A stretch of 64,000 bases of DNA. Source: Dehalococcoidia bacterium (GTDB taxonomy: Bacteria > Chloroflexota > Dehalococcoidia > Plut-88900). The position numbers were made by a program, and so were the translations under genes. The stretch covers positions 705,157-769,156 of the forward strand of contig OZ240219.1 of the NCBI GenBank assembly GCA_965197645.1. Direction: 5' to 3'. The notes under the pieces were generated by a model. That model was not told the origin of the DNA. It saw nothing but the letters and a program-made list of their open reading frames with translations, and did not search any database. Of the stretch, positions 36,793 through 46,244 are shown piece by piece. Within the stretch, counting starts at the first letter, position 1; every line of letters begins with the position of its first letter.

Positions 36793-37299
36793 TTATCCTG
36801 TTCTGGCCTGGCGGGGTTCCAGCCGGCCGGTCTCTATTCGGTACTGCAGGTGCTCCATGACGTCTGCGGGTGGGGCGAGGCCGTTGGCCGTGCTCAGGAT
36901 GCACTGGTAGATGAGTACGCCGTCCTTGTTCATGAGGAAGACCGCCGGTTCGTTGAACTCTCCCTCGGTGCTCCACATGCACCCGAAGCTCCGAGCTACG
37001 GCGCCGTCGTGGTCTATGAGGACCGGGAAGGTCAGCCCCAGCCGGTCTCGCATGCGGCGGAGCCCTTCCGGGTCGTCGACGCTGATGGTGGCCCACTCCA
37101 CGCCCATCTCCTGGAACTTGGGGTACCACTCCTGCGCCACGCGCAGGTACTTATTGCAGCCGTCTCACCAGGAGCCTCGGCGAAAGACCAGGACCATCGG
37201 CGCCTTGCCCAGACGGTCGTAGAGATTGAACTCCTGCCCGTCGACGTCCTCAAGGGTGAAGTCGGGGACTTTTGTTTCCATATCGATAAGCGTAGTCAT
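36793..37299 (-). CDS. peroxiredoxin-like/redoxin-fold protein with in-frame TGA (candidate selenocysteine, U-x-x-C)
   Basis: ATG at 37299 follows AAGGAGG. 44 redoxin-like codons (KVPDFTLEDVDGQEF..APMVLVFRRGSW) are followed by TGA at 37165-37167. The sequence then continues DGCNKY... in the same frame as the tracked ORF 36793..37140. Confidence 0.6.
37131..37147 (-). promoter_or_regulatory. candidate SECIS-like hairpin
   Basis: The hairpin CCUGCGC-GUG-GCGCAGG starts 17 nt downstream of the in-frame UGA. It is short compared with canonical bacterial SECIS elements. Confidence 0.3.
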
Positions 37300-37312
37300 C
37301 GGGTAGACCTCC

Positions 37313-38305
37313 TTAGCTTGCTACCGCCACCATGGCGCCGACGGCCAGAGTGGCCAAGTCTGCCTGGCCCTCTTCCCAGGTCTCGCCGCGATCGGAGCTG
37401 ACGAATATGCGGCCGGCATCGGTGCCGGCATAAACCCGGTCCGAGTCGCAGGGGTCCCAGGTGTAGGCGATAACCATATCGTCATCGGATCCCAGGTCTA
37501 GTCTCCGCCAATCATCGCCGGAACTGGTCGATATGTATGCCTGAGCGCCCTGGCGACCGGCGTTGTTCGATACGGCCGTCAGCACCCGGGTGTGGTCGTC
37601 GGGGGCGCAGACCACGGGGACGGTATAGGTGCGCTCCAGGCCGGTGATCAGATGGTTCCAGCTGTCGCCGCCGTCGCCGCTGCGATAGGGGCCAGCCGCG
37701 GTGGCGGCGTAGACCGTGCCGGCATCGGTGTCGCTGATGTGAAGGGAGTGTATGTCGGGGTCGGTGCCGTGGAGCTGCTGCCAGGTCAGGCCGCCGTCCT
37801 TGGATCGGACCATGCCGCCGACCTCGATGCCGGTGAAGATCTGGTCCGGGTCGTGAGGAGAGAGCTTTATCTCCCGGACGTGGGACAGCCGCTCGCCGTG
37901 GAAACCCCAACCCGTCGACTCGGGGACCTCCTGGTAGCTGCTGATCTCCTCCCAGCTATCCCCACCGTCGGCGGAGCGGAACAGGGCCGCCGGTTCGCTG
38001 CCGGCGTAGACCAGGTCCGGGTTGCCGGGGTGGACGGCGACGCTGTGGGCGTAAGCCGTGGGGTAGCCGTCGAGGCGGCGCCAGGCGGCACCACCGTCGT
38101 CGGTGCGCCACACTCCCGATTCGTAGGCCGCCAGGTAGGCCCGCTCCGGCGAGCTCTGGGAGTGGGCGAAGCGGGCCGCTGCATGGTCCAGGGTCATCAC
38201 GCTCCGCTTCGTCCAAGCGCCGTTGCCGTCGGACGAAACCAGGGTGCCTATTCCGTCGTGCATGCCCACGTATAACTTGGTACGGGTCCCGTTGCCAGTA
38301 GCCAT
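37313..38305 (-). CDS. BNR/Asp-box repeat beta-propeller protein (sialidase-fold / Ycf48-like)
   Basis: Six S-x-D-x-G-x-x-W boxes are present (TDDGGAAW, SADGGDSW, SKDGGLTW, SGDGGDSW, SSGDDW, SSDRGETW). The start is set at MATGNG after AGGGGAG. Confidence 0.75.
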   Translation of the reverse strand: MATGNGTRTKLYVGMHDGIGTLVSSDGNGAWTKRSVMTLDHAAARFAHSQSSPERAYLAAYESGVWRTDDGGAAWRRLDGYPTAYAHSVAVHPGNPDLVYAGSEPAALFRSADGGDSWEEISSYQEVPESTGWGFHGERLSHVREIKLSPHDPDQIFTGIEVGGMVRSKDGGLTWQQLHGTDPDIHSLHISDTDAGTVYAATAAGPYRSGDGGDSWNHLITGLERTYTVPVVCAPDDHTRVLTAVSNNAGRQGAQAYISTSSGDDWRRLDLGSDDDMVIAYTWDPCDSDRVYAGTDAGRIFVSSDRGETWEEGQADLATLAVGAMVAVAS

Positions 38306-38435
38306 TCGTTCTCCCCTTCCAGCCGCCGTGCTTCCGTCTGAAGTGGGTGCCATGTCCCATCGGTATTGGATGGCATGTATTGTAGCGTGAATCCCCGACG
38401 ATTTCACGCCGCATGCTGATATACTCTGGCCTCCA

Positions 38436-39320
38436 ATGAAGATTCACCTCGTAGACGGGACCTACGAGCTGTTCCGGTCCTACTTCGCTCTCCCTTCGAT
38501 TAGCGCGCCCGATGGCCGGGAGGTGGGAGCGGTGCGGGGGCTGATACAGACTCTGCTCCTTCTGCTCAGGTCCGAAGGAGTGACCCACGTAGGCTGCGCC
38601 TTCGACCACGTGGTCCGGTCTTTCCGAAACGATCTGTTCGACGGCTACAAGACCGGAGATGGGGTGGCCGAAGAGCTTTTGAGCCAGTTCGGTCTGGCGG
38701 AGCGGGCAGTCTCCGCTCTGGGCATCGTCGTGTGGCCCATGGTGGAGTTCGAGGCCGACGACGCCATCGCTACCGCCGCTTCCCGCTGGTGGCAAGCCGA
38801 GGGGGTGGAACAGGTGGTCATCTGCTCTCCGGACAAAGACCTGATGCAGATGGCGCGGGGCCAAAGGATCGTCAGCCTGGACCGGCGCAAAGAGTTGGTC
38901 ACCGATGAGGCCGGGGTCGTGGAGAAGTTCGGAGTGAGGCCTGGGTCCATACCCGACTACCTGGCCCTGGTGGGCGATGCAGCCGACGGCATCCCAGGCA
39001 TTCCCAGGTGGGGCGCCAAGTCCACTGCCCTCGTCCTGGGACGGTATGAGCACATCGAGCTTATACCCGACGATCCCTCGGACTGGGAGGTCTCGCCCAG
39101 GGGCGCCGCGGCGATGGCCTCTAACCTTTCGGAGCGGCGGAACGATGCCCTGCTATACAAGCAGCTGGCGACCCTCAGGTTGGATGTGCCGCTGCCCGAG
39201 GATCTGGCGGACCTGGAGTGGGGTGGGGTGAAGAGGAAAGAGTACGAGTCGTTGTGCCAGGAGCTGGGCTTGGGCAGGCTGGCGACCCTGCCCCACAGGT
39301 GGGAGGGAGAAGAAGGCTAG
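38436..39320 (+). CDS. 5'-3' exonuclease (FEN/PIN + H3TH, Pol I N-terminal-like)
   Basis: Contains MKIHLVDGTYELFRSYF, the acidic clusters FEADD and SPDKD, and the H3TH segment GDAADGIPGIPRWGAKS. Confidence 0.85.
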   Translation: MKIHLVDGTYELFRSYFALPSISAPDGREVGAVRGLIQTLLLLLRSEGVTHVGCAFDHVVRSFRNDLFDGYKTGDGVAEELLSQFGLAERAVSALGIVVWPMVEFEADDAIATAASRWWQAEGVEQVVICSPDKDLMQMARGQRIVSLDRRKELVTDEAGVVEKFGVRPGSIPDYLALVGDAADGIPGIPRWGAKSTALVLGRYEHIELIPDDPSDWEVSPRGAAAMASNLSERRNDALLYKQLATLRLDVPLPEDLADLEWGGVKRKEYESLCQELGLGRLATLPHRWEGEEG

Positions 39321-39679
39321 GCGGTGGCGAGCATCTCCTTGAGAAGCTCCCGGTGGCAGCGGGCGTCCGGCTTGGACAGGTCCTCGTGGCAGATCAGGGT
39401 TACCGTGCCGTGCTCCGCCTCGAGCCTCTTGACCTCATCGAACAGGCCCAGCTCTGAATCTCGCTCCCTGATCGACTGCTCGTAGCGGGCGGAGAACTCG
39501 GGCCAGTCCACATGCCCATCTCGCAGTTCGCCCAGCAGCTCCTTGGAAGGGGCCAGCTCCTTGACCCAACCGTCGATGCGGTCCTTCTTCACGCCCCGGG
39601 GCCAGTAGCGCATTACCAGCAGCCGGTAGCCGTCCCCAGGCTCGATGGGATCGTAGTAGATGCTCTTCGTTCCTATCAT
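39317..39679 (-). CDS. DUF488 family protein
   Basis: Contains YRLLVMRYWPRGVKK....W.KELAPS..L...F, characteristic of DUF488. The start is set at MIGTKSIYYD. Confidence 0.75.
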   Translation of the reverse strand: MIGTKSIYYDPIEPGDGYRLLVMRYWPRGVKKDRIDGWVKELAPSKELLGELRDGHVDWPEFSARYEQSIRERDSELGLFDEVKRLEAEHGTVTLICHEDLSKPDARCHRELLKEMLATA

Positions 39680-39878
39680 TGGGTCCCCTTCGGCAAGCGA
39701 GTTACCGGGCGCCATGCTATTCAGGTCTGGAATTCTTGACACTAATACACCGCAAGTGTACACTTTGCGACGGTTTGCAGGCCCAGTGGCGGGGTCACAA
39801 CATCAGTCGTAAATCCAGTCCCGTCGGCCTGCTGCGTCCTCTGTAATCAGTGGGCTATCCGGTTCGAGGGGAAAGAGA

Positions 39879-40331
39879 ATGGCTGAAAACGAATCCCTTA
39901 TCACCGATGAAATGAGAGGTCTGGTGGGTGAGGAGTCCGAGCCCGTCACCTACGACATCGAAGCGGGCCTCATCAGACAATTTGCTCAGGCCATCGGCGA
40001 CGATAATCCCCTGTGGCAGGATGAACCCGATGCGCGGGATACCCGGTGGGCCGGCATCACCGCTCCCCCCACATTTCTCAGGACCTGCGAGCCGAACCCC
40101 AACCGCGACGTCAGTATCCCCGTAAGCAGGGGCCTGGACGCCGGCAGCGAGTGGGAGTACTTCCTGCCGGTCCGTCCCGGAGATCGGATAACCGTGACCC
40201 GCAGAGTGACCGATTTCACCCAGAAAGAGGGGCGCTTGGGCCAGATGCTCCTTTCTACTGCAGAGGTACGGTACGTCAACCAGTTCGGGAAGCTGGTAGC
40301 GACCCAGACAGAGAGAGGAATCTCTTACTAA
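39879..40331 (+). CDS. MaoC_dehydrat_N-type hotdog protein (hydratase subunit-like)
   Basis: Contains IRQFAQAIGDDNPLW and a hotdog C-terminal half. 150 aa. Confidence 0.75.
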   Translation: MAENESLITDEMRGLVGEESEPVTYDIEAGLIRQFAQAIGDDNPLWQDEPDARDTRWAGITAPPTFLRTCEPNPNRDVSIPVSRGLDAGSEWEYFLPVRPGDRITVTRRVTDFTQKEGRLGQMLLSTAEVRYVNQFGKLVATQTERGISY

Positions 40332-40364
40332 TACCCCGCCCCAGTGCTAGAGGAGGTTGCTTGG

Positions 40365-40820
40365 ATGGCCGATGACTCCATTTACGAAGAACTTAAGAAG
40401 AAGGTTGGGATCGAATCGGACCCTGTGGTGTACACGGTGGAGAAGGGACACATCAGGCGGTTCGCCGAGGCCATAGGTGACGACAACCCCCTGTTCACCG
40501 ACGAGTCCGAGGCCCGCCAGAACCAGTACGGAGGCATCATCGCCATGCCCACCTTCACCCGGGCCTTCGCATCCCGGGAAGACGACGAAGGCGTGACCCG
40601 GGAGGATACCGACGTTAAGGTGCTGGATGCCGGCAGCGAGTGGGAGTACTTCCACCCGATCAGGGTTGGCGATACCATCTCCGTAACCACCAAGGTGGCC
40701 GAGACCTATCAGAAAGAGGGCCGGCTGGGCACGATGACCTTTGACGTGCGGGAGACCACCTACAAGAACCAGTTCGGCCAGGTGGTGATAACGCGCCGGG
40801 ATACCGGCATTACCTATTAG
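40365..40820 (+). CDS. MaoC_dehydrat_N-type hotdog protein, tandem paralogue
   Basis: Contains IRRFAEAIGDDNPLF. The ATG at 40365 lies 8 nt after AGGAGG. Confidence 0.75.
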   Translation: MADDSIYEELKKKVGIESDPVVYTVEKGHIRRFAEAIGDDNPLFTDESEARQNQYGGIIAMPTFTRAFASREDDEGVTREDTDVKVLDAGSEWEYFHPIRVGDTISVTTKVAETYQKEGRLGTMTFDVRETTYKNQFGQVVITRRDTGITY

Positions 40821-40886
40821 CCAGATCAGCGGCATTACTAGAGCCAGGACAAAGCAAAGTTTGGAGATAGACTCCAGGAGGCAAGT

Positions 40887-41315
40887 ATGAGCCAGGTATA
40901 TTTCGAGGACGTCACCGAGGGGATGGACATCCCTACTTTGACCAAGAACCCCACCACTCGACAGCTGGTCAAGTACGCCGGGGCATCCGGTGACTTCTAC
41001 GAGATCCACTACGACAAGGACTACGCTCTAGGTAACGAGCTCCCAGGCCCCATCATCCATGGCGCCCTGAAGAACGCGTGGCTGGGCCAGGCCGTCACCG
41101 ACTGGATCGGTAGCGAAGGCCTTCTCAAGAAGCTCAGCTGCCAGTACCGGGGCATGGATGTGCCCGGCGTGGAGTGCAACGTCAAGGGCAAGGTGGTCAA
41201 GAAGTACACCGAGGACGGCCAGAACCTCGTCGACTGCGAGATTTGGCTGGAGAACAACGAAGGTAAGGCCACTACCCCCGGAAGAGCCACCGCGGCTCTG
41301 CCCTCCAGGGGCTAG
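40887..41315 (+). CDS. MaoC family (R)-specific enoyl-CoA hydratase-type hotdog protein
   Basis: Contains YAGASGDFYEIHYDKDYA, matching the MaoC active-site region D-x(4)-H context. Confidence 0.75.
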   Translation: MSQVYFEDVTEGMDIPTLTKNPTTRQLVKYAGASGDFYEIHYDKDYALGNELPGPIIHGALKNAWLGQAVTDWIGSEGLLKKLSCQYRGMDVPGVECNVKGKVVKKYTEDGQNLVDCEIWLENNEGKATTPGRATAALPSRG

Positions 41316-41406
41316 TACGGCCTCTACGGGTGCTCTGAGCACGAAAGCGCTCGCGGCACGTTGATTTTATAGACTGATCAGTTTGGAAGAGAAAGGGGTA
41401 GGAGAT

Positions 41407-42327
41407 ATGGCCGATCTTTTGGAAGGAAAGGCGGCGGTGGTTACCGGTGGAGGCCGAGGTATAGGCCGGGGCATCGCCAAGGCGCTGTCTGCCCATGGGG
41501 CCAGCGTCGTAGTCTGTGACCTGGGAGGCGCCACCGATGGCTCCGGCAGCTCCCACGGGCCCGCCGACGATGTAGTCGCGGAGATCAAGGCCTCCGGCGG
41601 CAACGCTATCGCCAACTACGAATCGGTTGCCACCATGGCGGGCGGCGAGAACATCATCCAGTCATGCGTCGACGAATTCGGCAAGATAGACATCCTGGTC
41701 TGCGTGGCGGGAATCCTCCGGGACCGGATGGTCTTCAACATGACGGAAGAAGAGTGGGACGATGTCATAGCGGTGCACCTGAAGGGTACCTTCAGCTGTA
41801 CCAAGTACGCCTCCATCCTTATGCGCCAGCAGCGAGGCGGCAGGATCATAGGCTTCTCGTCCGAGTCCGCGCTGGGGACCTCCGGCCAGTTCAACTACGG
41901 CGCCGCCAAGAGCGGTATCGCCGGTTTCATGAAGGTGGTGGGCCGGGACCTGGGCAAGTACGGCGTGACGGCTAACGCCATCCTTCCAAGGGCGGCTACC
42001 CGGATGACCGAGACAGACGAGGTCCGCAAGGCCCGGGAGATCCGTATCGCTCGAGGCCTCCCCGAGGGCAACGGCGACGAGGGACCCCAGGACCCGGAGG
42101 ACGTGGCACCCTTCGTCACCTATCTGTGCAGCGATAGAGCAGCCAAGGTCAACGGTCAGACCTTCATGGTTTATGGCAACAACATAAGCCTGATCTCCCA
42201 GCCAAGGGTGACCCATTCGATTACCAGGGATGGCATGTGGTCCGTGGATGAGTTGGTCGAGATGGCGCCCAAGAGCTTCGGCAAGGGCGTGGTCAACAAG
42301 TTCCCGCCCCAAGCCCCCAAGTCCTGA
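41407..42327 (+). CDS. SDR family oxidoreductase (MFE-2 dehydrogenase-domain-like, ~306 aa)
   Basis: Contains VTGGGRGIGRG, NYGAAK (Y-x3-K) and a long C-terminal extension. Confidence 0.8.
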   Translation: MADLLEGKAAVVTGGGRGIGRGIAKALSAHGASVVVCDLGGATDGSGSSHGPADDVVAEIKASGGNAIANYESVATMAGGENIIQSCVDEFGKIDILVCVAGILRDRMVFNMTEEEWDDVIAVHLKGTFSCTKYASILMRQQRGGRIIGFSSESALGTSGQFNYGAAKSGIAGFMKVVGRDLGKYGVTANAILPRAATRMTETDEVRKAREIRIARGLPEGNGDEGPQDPEDVAPFVTYLCSDRAAKVNGQTFMVYGNNISLISQPRVTHSITRDGMWSVDELVEMAPKSFGKGVVNKFPPQAPKS

Positions 42328-42385
42328 TATGGGGCGATTCAACAAGTAGATTTCTAAACCTAGGAAAATTCGGGAGGAAACAGGA

Positions 42386-43312
42386 ATGGCCAACAGACTT
42401 ACGGACAGGGTAGCCGTTGTGACCGGCGCAGGACGGGGTATCGGCCGGGGCATTGCGCTCCTTCTGGCGGATGAGGGGGCCAAATTGGTGGTGAACGACC
42501 TTGGCGGCGAGGTCGACGGCTCGGGCGCTTCCCAGTCGCCGGCGGATGACGTGGTGGCGGAGATCAAAGCCAAGGGCGGCGACGCGGTCGCCAACTACGA
42601 GTCGGTCTCCAGCATGGAGGGCGGCGAAAAGATCATCCAGACCGCCGTCGATAATTTCGGCAGAATAGACATCCTGGTCTGTGTGGCGGGTATCCTCCGC
42701 GACCGGATGGTCTTCAACATGACCGAGGAGGAGTGGGATGACGTTATAGCGGTGCACCTCAAGGGCACCTTCACCTGCGTCAAGTACGCCTCCATCCTCA
42801 TGCGCCAGCAGCGCAGCGGCAGGATAGTCTGCTTCTCGTCCACCTCCGGGCTTTGGGGCGCCTCCGGCCAGGCCAACTACGGAGCGGCCAAGGATGGGAT
42901 CGCCGGTGGCGTTCGATGCGCCGCCCAAGACCTGGGCAAGTACGGCGTTACGGTCAACGGCATATCGCCGGGCGCAGCTACCCGCATGACCGAGACCGAC
43001 GAAGTGCGACAGGCCAGGGAGATCCGCAAGCAGCGGGGCCTGGCAGACGAAGAGTTCGAGGGCGGACCTCAGCCTCCCGAGGCCGTTGCACCGACGGTGG
43101 TCTACCTCTGCACCGACGAGGCATCCAACTTCAACGGAGAGATCCTCCACGTGCACGGGGGATTCGTCGGCCTGATGGGCAACCCTGAAGAGACGAAGAC
43201 CCTGAAGAAGCTGGAAGGACGCTGGACGGTAGACGAGATATCAGCGGCGTTCCCCGAGTCCATCGGCATGGACCTGGTGAACCCTGCGCCGGCCCAGGCT
43301 CCTCCGCAGTAG
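42386..43312 (+). CDS. SDR family oxidoreductase, tandem paralogue
   Basis: Contains VTGAGRGIGRG and NYGAAK. Collinear with 41407..42327. Confidence 0.8.
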   Translation: MANRLTDRVAVVTGAGRGIGRGIALLLADEGAKLVVNDLGGEVDGSGASQSPADDVVAEIKAKGGDAVANYESVSSMEGGEKIIQTAVDNFGRIDILVCVAGILRDRMVFNMTEEEWDDVIAVHLKGTFTCVKYASILMRQQRSGRIVCFSSTSGLWGASGQANYGAAKDGIAGGVRCAAQDLGKYGVTVNGISPGAATRMTETDEVRQAREIRKQRGLADEEFEGGPQPPEAVAPTVVYLCTDEASNFNGEILHVHGGFVGLMGNPEETKTLKKLEGRWTVDEISAAFPESIGMDLVNPAPAQAPPQ

Positions 43313-43334
43313 AGCCTTACAAAGAGGGTAATGA

Positions 43335-43368
43335 AAGAGGGCTTCTCGATAAATCGAGAAGCCCTCTT
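43335..43368 (+). terminator. rho-independent terminator
   Basis: Perfect 15-bp stem aagagggcttctcga/tcgagaagccctctt with loop taaa, followed by GATTTGTG. Confidence 0.75.
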
Positions 43369-43426
43369 GATTTGTGGGCCTGACGTGACCCTTTACATTA
43401 CTGAATAATCCGGATTCCCCGCCCCA

Positions 43427-43755
43427 GGTTGATTTACCCACCACCCGCCCTGGTACGTATTGTTTTTGGAGGCACATCCCCCACGCCCCCTGCCAGAGGC
43501 AGGGCGAGGCCCTGCACCCTTAACATGAGAGAAGATAGGGCAACATCTGAATCCGTGGTGTCGTCATTGCGAGACCCGACGAAGTCGGGGCGTGGCAATC
43601 TAACTGGGTATGGCCGTTGACCCCGGTAGAGTCGTATCCTCCTACCCGCCCTCTAGGTGTTTCTTCCCACCCGCCCGCCCTGGGACGTTTTGTTGGGGAT
43701 TGGGGGGCACATCCCCCACGCCCCCTGCCAGAGGGAAGCCCTCTGGACTCCTGGG
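43427..43755 (-). repeat. composite repeat block: family B, family A core (43562-43600), family B
   Basis: Two copies of ggcacatcccccacgccccctgccagagg flank cgtcattgcgagacccgacgaagtcggggcgtggcaatc. Confidence 0.8.
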
Positions 43756-43794
43756 ATTGCATCCGTAGGCTCTACGCCACGAAGGGCTGGACGG

Positions 43795-44340
43795 TCAGGT
43801 TGCGTTGCTGAGGGCCGGGTTACGGTTGGCCAGCCACTGGTCTTTGGAGATGGCCATCTTAACGAAGGACTGACCGTCTCTCCTCACCCTGTCACACTCC
43901 ACGAAACCGCACTTCTCAAAGCTGCGCTGGGCCCTCTTGTTCCAGTCCAGGGTATGGAGATAGACCGTTTTCATCTTCTCCCGGTTGAAGAGGTGCTCCA
44001 ACAGGGCAAGCACGGCGTCGGCGCCGTAGCCCTTGTCCCAGTAGCCCTTGTCGCCGATCATGATCCCCATCTCGGTCTGCGCTTTGAGCTTGTCCATGTC
44101 GTAGTACATGCAGTTGCCGATATGCTTCCCGGACAGGTCGTCCACGGCAAATTTACAGCGCCGGGGCATGGGGAACTGCAGCTCCTCGGCGTAGAACTCC
44201 TTGTAGTCCTCGAAACGGGTCTTCAGGGGTAAGGCCGCGTCCAGCTTGGCCAGCTCCTCGTCCCTGCGCCACGCGTAGTCGCGGGCGGCGTCTTCGAGGC
44301 GCTTGTCCCTGAGAATCACCTTGTTACCGCGCAGGAACAT
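43795..44340 (-). CDS. GNAT family N-acetyltransferase (RimJ/RimL-like)
   Basis: 181 aa. Contains GYWDKGYGADAV (acetyl-CoA binding Q/R-x-x-G-x-G/A region). Confidence 0.8.
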   Translation of the reverse strand: MFLRGNKVILRDKRLEDAARDYAWRRDEELAKLDAALPLKTRFEDYKEFYAEELQFPMPRRCKFAVDDLSGKHIGNCMYYDMDKLKAQTEMGIMIGDKGYWDKGYGADAVLALLEHLFNREKMKTVYLHTLDWNKRAQRSFEKCGFVECDRVRRDGQSFVKMAISKDQWLANRNPALSNAT

Positions 44341-44776
44341 CCAACTCCTCGGCGCCTCTGCTGTTGAGGGTTGCCAGGGCCTGTTTGGCTATCTCCACCT
44401 CGTTCTTGTAGGTCAAAGCCCCTTCGACTTGCTCAGCGTCGAACCAGCGCACGACGTCGAACTCCGGATCGTGGTCGTCTATGGACCCGCCGATAGGCTG
44501 CATCAAGTAAAAGTGCACCGTCTTGTGGTTCCTGACCCCCGAGGCGTAGAACCAGTACTGGATGCTCCCCAGATGCTCCTCGATGGCCACCTTCAACCCG
44601 GTCTCTTCGGTTACCTCCCGGATGGCCGTTTGCTCGTGGGACTCACCCGGGTCCGGGGTGCCCTTGGGAAGACGCCAGCTCTCCGGTTGGATGCGGCCGC
44701 ACAGGGCTATCTCGATTCTATCGTGCTCTTTTCGGTATACGATGCCACCGGCTGAAACCGGGTATTCCGTTCTCAT
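44324..44776 (-). CDS. NUDIX hydrolase
   Basis: Has the Nudix box GTPDPGESHEQTAIREVTEETGL. Overlaps the GNAT gene by 17 nt. Confidence 0.8.
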   Translation of the reverse strand: MRTEYPVSAGGIVYRKEHDRIEIALCGRIQPESWRLPKGTPDPGESHEQTAIREVTEETGLKVAIEEHLGSIQYWFYASGVRNHKTVHFYLMQPIGGSIDDHDPEFDVVRWFDAEQVEGALTYKNEVEIAKQALATLNSRGAEELDVPAR

Positions 44777-44933
44777 ATGATGCGGCCTCGTCCAGGTGAG
44801 ACGCCACCAATTTTAGAAACGCCGAAATTGCGGGTCAAGTGCAAATCCCACCTAAAGCGGTGCATCCGCTACGGTTTCCTGCGGATTTGCTTCCACTCAA
44901 GCTAGCAGTATATACGATGGAGGCCGGAGCCCC

Positions 44934-46244
44934 CTACGAACCTTCCGCACTGGCCACGGCTACCTCCCGGCAGAAGAGGTGGGGCGTGCGAAAGGAGCCT
45001 CCCCTCCATTCGGGCTCGATGCCTATGGCCTCCAGGTTGCCGAGTACGCTGTAGACGTTGCCCGAGAGCATGATGTTCTTGACCCGGCCCGCTATCCTAC
45101 CGTTTTCGATCTTGTAACCCAGCAGGACGTTGCCGCTGAAATCGCCGGCGAGGACGTTGGTCTGGCCGGCGCCCAGCAGCGATTCCACTATCAGGCCTTC
45201 CTTTATGTCCGAGACCATATCATCGTAGGAGGTGTCGCCCTCCTGGATGAAGAGGACGCTGGTGGAGGGTCCAGGCAGGGAACCCGCGCCCCTGGAGGCG
45301 CTTCCCGTGGTTTCGGCATTCATCTGGGCGGCGGTCTTCAGGTCGTAGAGGAAACTCCTGGCCACGCCGTTCTCGACGAGGGGGATGCGGCGGGTGGGGA
45401 GACCCTCGTCGTCCCATGGCCGGCTGCCGGGCCGGTAGACAGCCGTACCGTCGTCGTAGAGGCTGAAGCGCCGGTCGCATATCTCTTCGCCCAGCCGCTC
45501 GATGAGCGGGGAAGCCCCCTGTACGACCGTGCGGCCGTTGAAGGCCACCAGGAGGGGGTGCAACAGTACCCCGGCGACCGCTGCAGGGGTGAAGATTACC
45601 GGCAGGTCGCCCGTGGGCGCCTCCACGATCTCCTCGGCCTGGTCCAGCTGCGTGTTCACCTTCTCTACCAGCCTGTGCCAGTTGGACAGGGGTTGAGACG
45701 AGCTTTCGCCGTCGCCGACGAAGAGCATATCGGTGCCCCGCACCCTGGTGCCACCAATCCCCAGGCTGAACACGCTTTTCTTGTAGGAGACGTCGGTCCC
45801 TTTCGAGTTGAGCAGCCTGACGGAAACAACGGTCCGGCTGACCCCAGCGTCGCACTGCACCTCCGAGGAGTGGGCCATCACACCATCGACCATGTGCTGG
45901 CCCAGCTCCACCATCTGTTCCACGGTGGTCTCCTCTACGGCCGGGTCGTAGATGGCCACTTCCGGATAACGGTTGGCGGATGGGAGATCGAAGGTGGCAT
46001 CGGCGCCAAAGGGCGCCACGTCTACGGCGTTCTGCACCAACCCTTCAACATCGCCGATCCGGTTGGTGGCCGAGAAGCCGACCTTTCCGTCCTTGATGAT
46101 CCGGAGGCCCACCCCGTGGGACTCCTTGGTCTGGAGGCTCTTGAGCCGGTTGGACTCGAAGGATACCGGCGTCGTGCGGCTGGTTACGGCAAAGACCTCC
46201 GCCGTCTCCGCCTGCTTACTGGCCACCTCTAGAATACGCTCCAC
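44934..46244 (-). CDS. pmbA: TldD/PmbA family metalloprotease, PmbA-like
   Basis: 436 aa. GTG start abuts the tldD stop. Shows the family C-terminal pattern GDFSGN...G..IENG. Confidence 0.8.
   Translation of the reverse strand: MERILEVASKQAETAEVFAVTSRTTPVSFESNRLKSLQTKESHGVGLRIIKDGKVGFSATNRIGDVEGLVQNAVDVAPFGADATFDLPSANRYPEVAIYDPAVEETTVEQMVELGQHMVDGVMAHSSEVQCDAGVSRTVVSVRLLNSKGTDVSYKKSVFSLGIGGTRVRGTDMLFVGDGESSSQPLSNWHRLVEKVNTQLDQAEEIVEAPTGDLPVIFTPAAVAGVLLHPLLVAFNGRTVVQGASPLIERLGEEICDRRFSLYDDGTAVYRPGSRPWDDEGLPTRRIPLVENGVARSFLYDLKTAAQMNAETTGSASRGAGSLPGPSTSVLFIQEGDTSYDDMVSDIKEGLIVESLLGAGQTNVLAGDFSGNVLLGYKIENGRIAGRVKNIMLSGNVYSVLGNLEAIGIEPEWRGGSFRTPHLFCREVAVASAEGS

Noticed and set aside
37956-39053. 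365-aa Arg/Pro/Gly-rich minus-strand ORF
   Set aside because: It overlaps both the BNR gene and the 5'-3' exonuclease gene. Its composition is typical of out-of-frame reading of GC-rich coding DNA.
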